From positions 41,542,001-41,606,000 of the forward strand of contig NC_086097.1 of assembly GCF_963921235.1 (NCBI RefSeq): a stretch of DNA of 64,000 nt, read 5' to 3'. The translations under genes and the position numbers were made by a program. The notes under the pieces were generated by a model. That model was not told the origin of the DNA. It made no database searches and saw nothing but the letters and a program-made list of their open reading frames with translations. This DNA is from Mobula hypostoma (Eukaryota). Shown here piece by piece: positions 63,738 to 64,000 of this stretch (position 1 is its first letter; every line of letters begins with the position of its first letter).

Positions 63738-64000
63738 GTATTACTTTATTGATCCCGAGGGAAATTGATTTTTGTTACAGTTGCACCTTAAATAATTAAA
63801 TTGTGATAAAACCATAAATAATTAAATAGTAATATGTAAATTATGCCAGGAAATGTCCAGGACCAGTCTATTGGCTCAGGGTGTCTGACCCTCCAAGGGA
63901 GAAGTTGTAAAGTTTGATGGCCACAGGCAGGAATAATTTCCTATAACGCTCTGTGTTGCATCTCAGTGGAGTGAGTCTCTGCACATGCAGAACCTTTGCA

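Overview
Eukaryotic, repeat-dense window. The repeat content (CR1, Rex1/Babar, L1, Penelope-like, hAT-Charlie, V-SINE) suggests a cartilaginous fish; this is inferred, not proven. The only host-gene sequence I can support is two in-phase coding exons on the + strand (29662-29820 and 54861-54991) encoding part of the MAM domain of an MDGA-family neural adhesion protein, closest to MDGA2 as I recall it. The rest is most likely intron of that gene. Intronic elements include many decayed CR1 and Rex1/Babar fragments, a full-length dead L1 (39819-45887), a young 3'-truncated Rex1/Babar (46816-49818), a hAT-Charlie derivative carrying a CR1 tail (17301-18445) and a solo LTR (28954-29530). The most interesting signal is a Penelope-like (GIY-YIG) element family with a minimal hammerhead ribozyme motif (AGUC-CUGANGA-A-stemII-GAAAC-GUC/GACU, with a loopless palindromic stem III). 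It occurs as a series of TSD-flanked insertion products: a 2.25-kb palindrome with 1071-bp arms and a 38-nt single-copy tail, several 140-250-bp mini-palindromes, copies starting exactly at the ribozyme core, a tail-less 3'UTR unit and a solo tail. These share recurring breakpoints. All alignments and family assignments were made by eye; boundaries of old elements are approximate.
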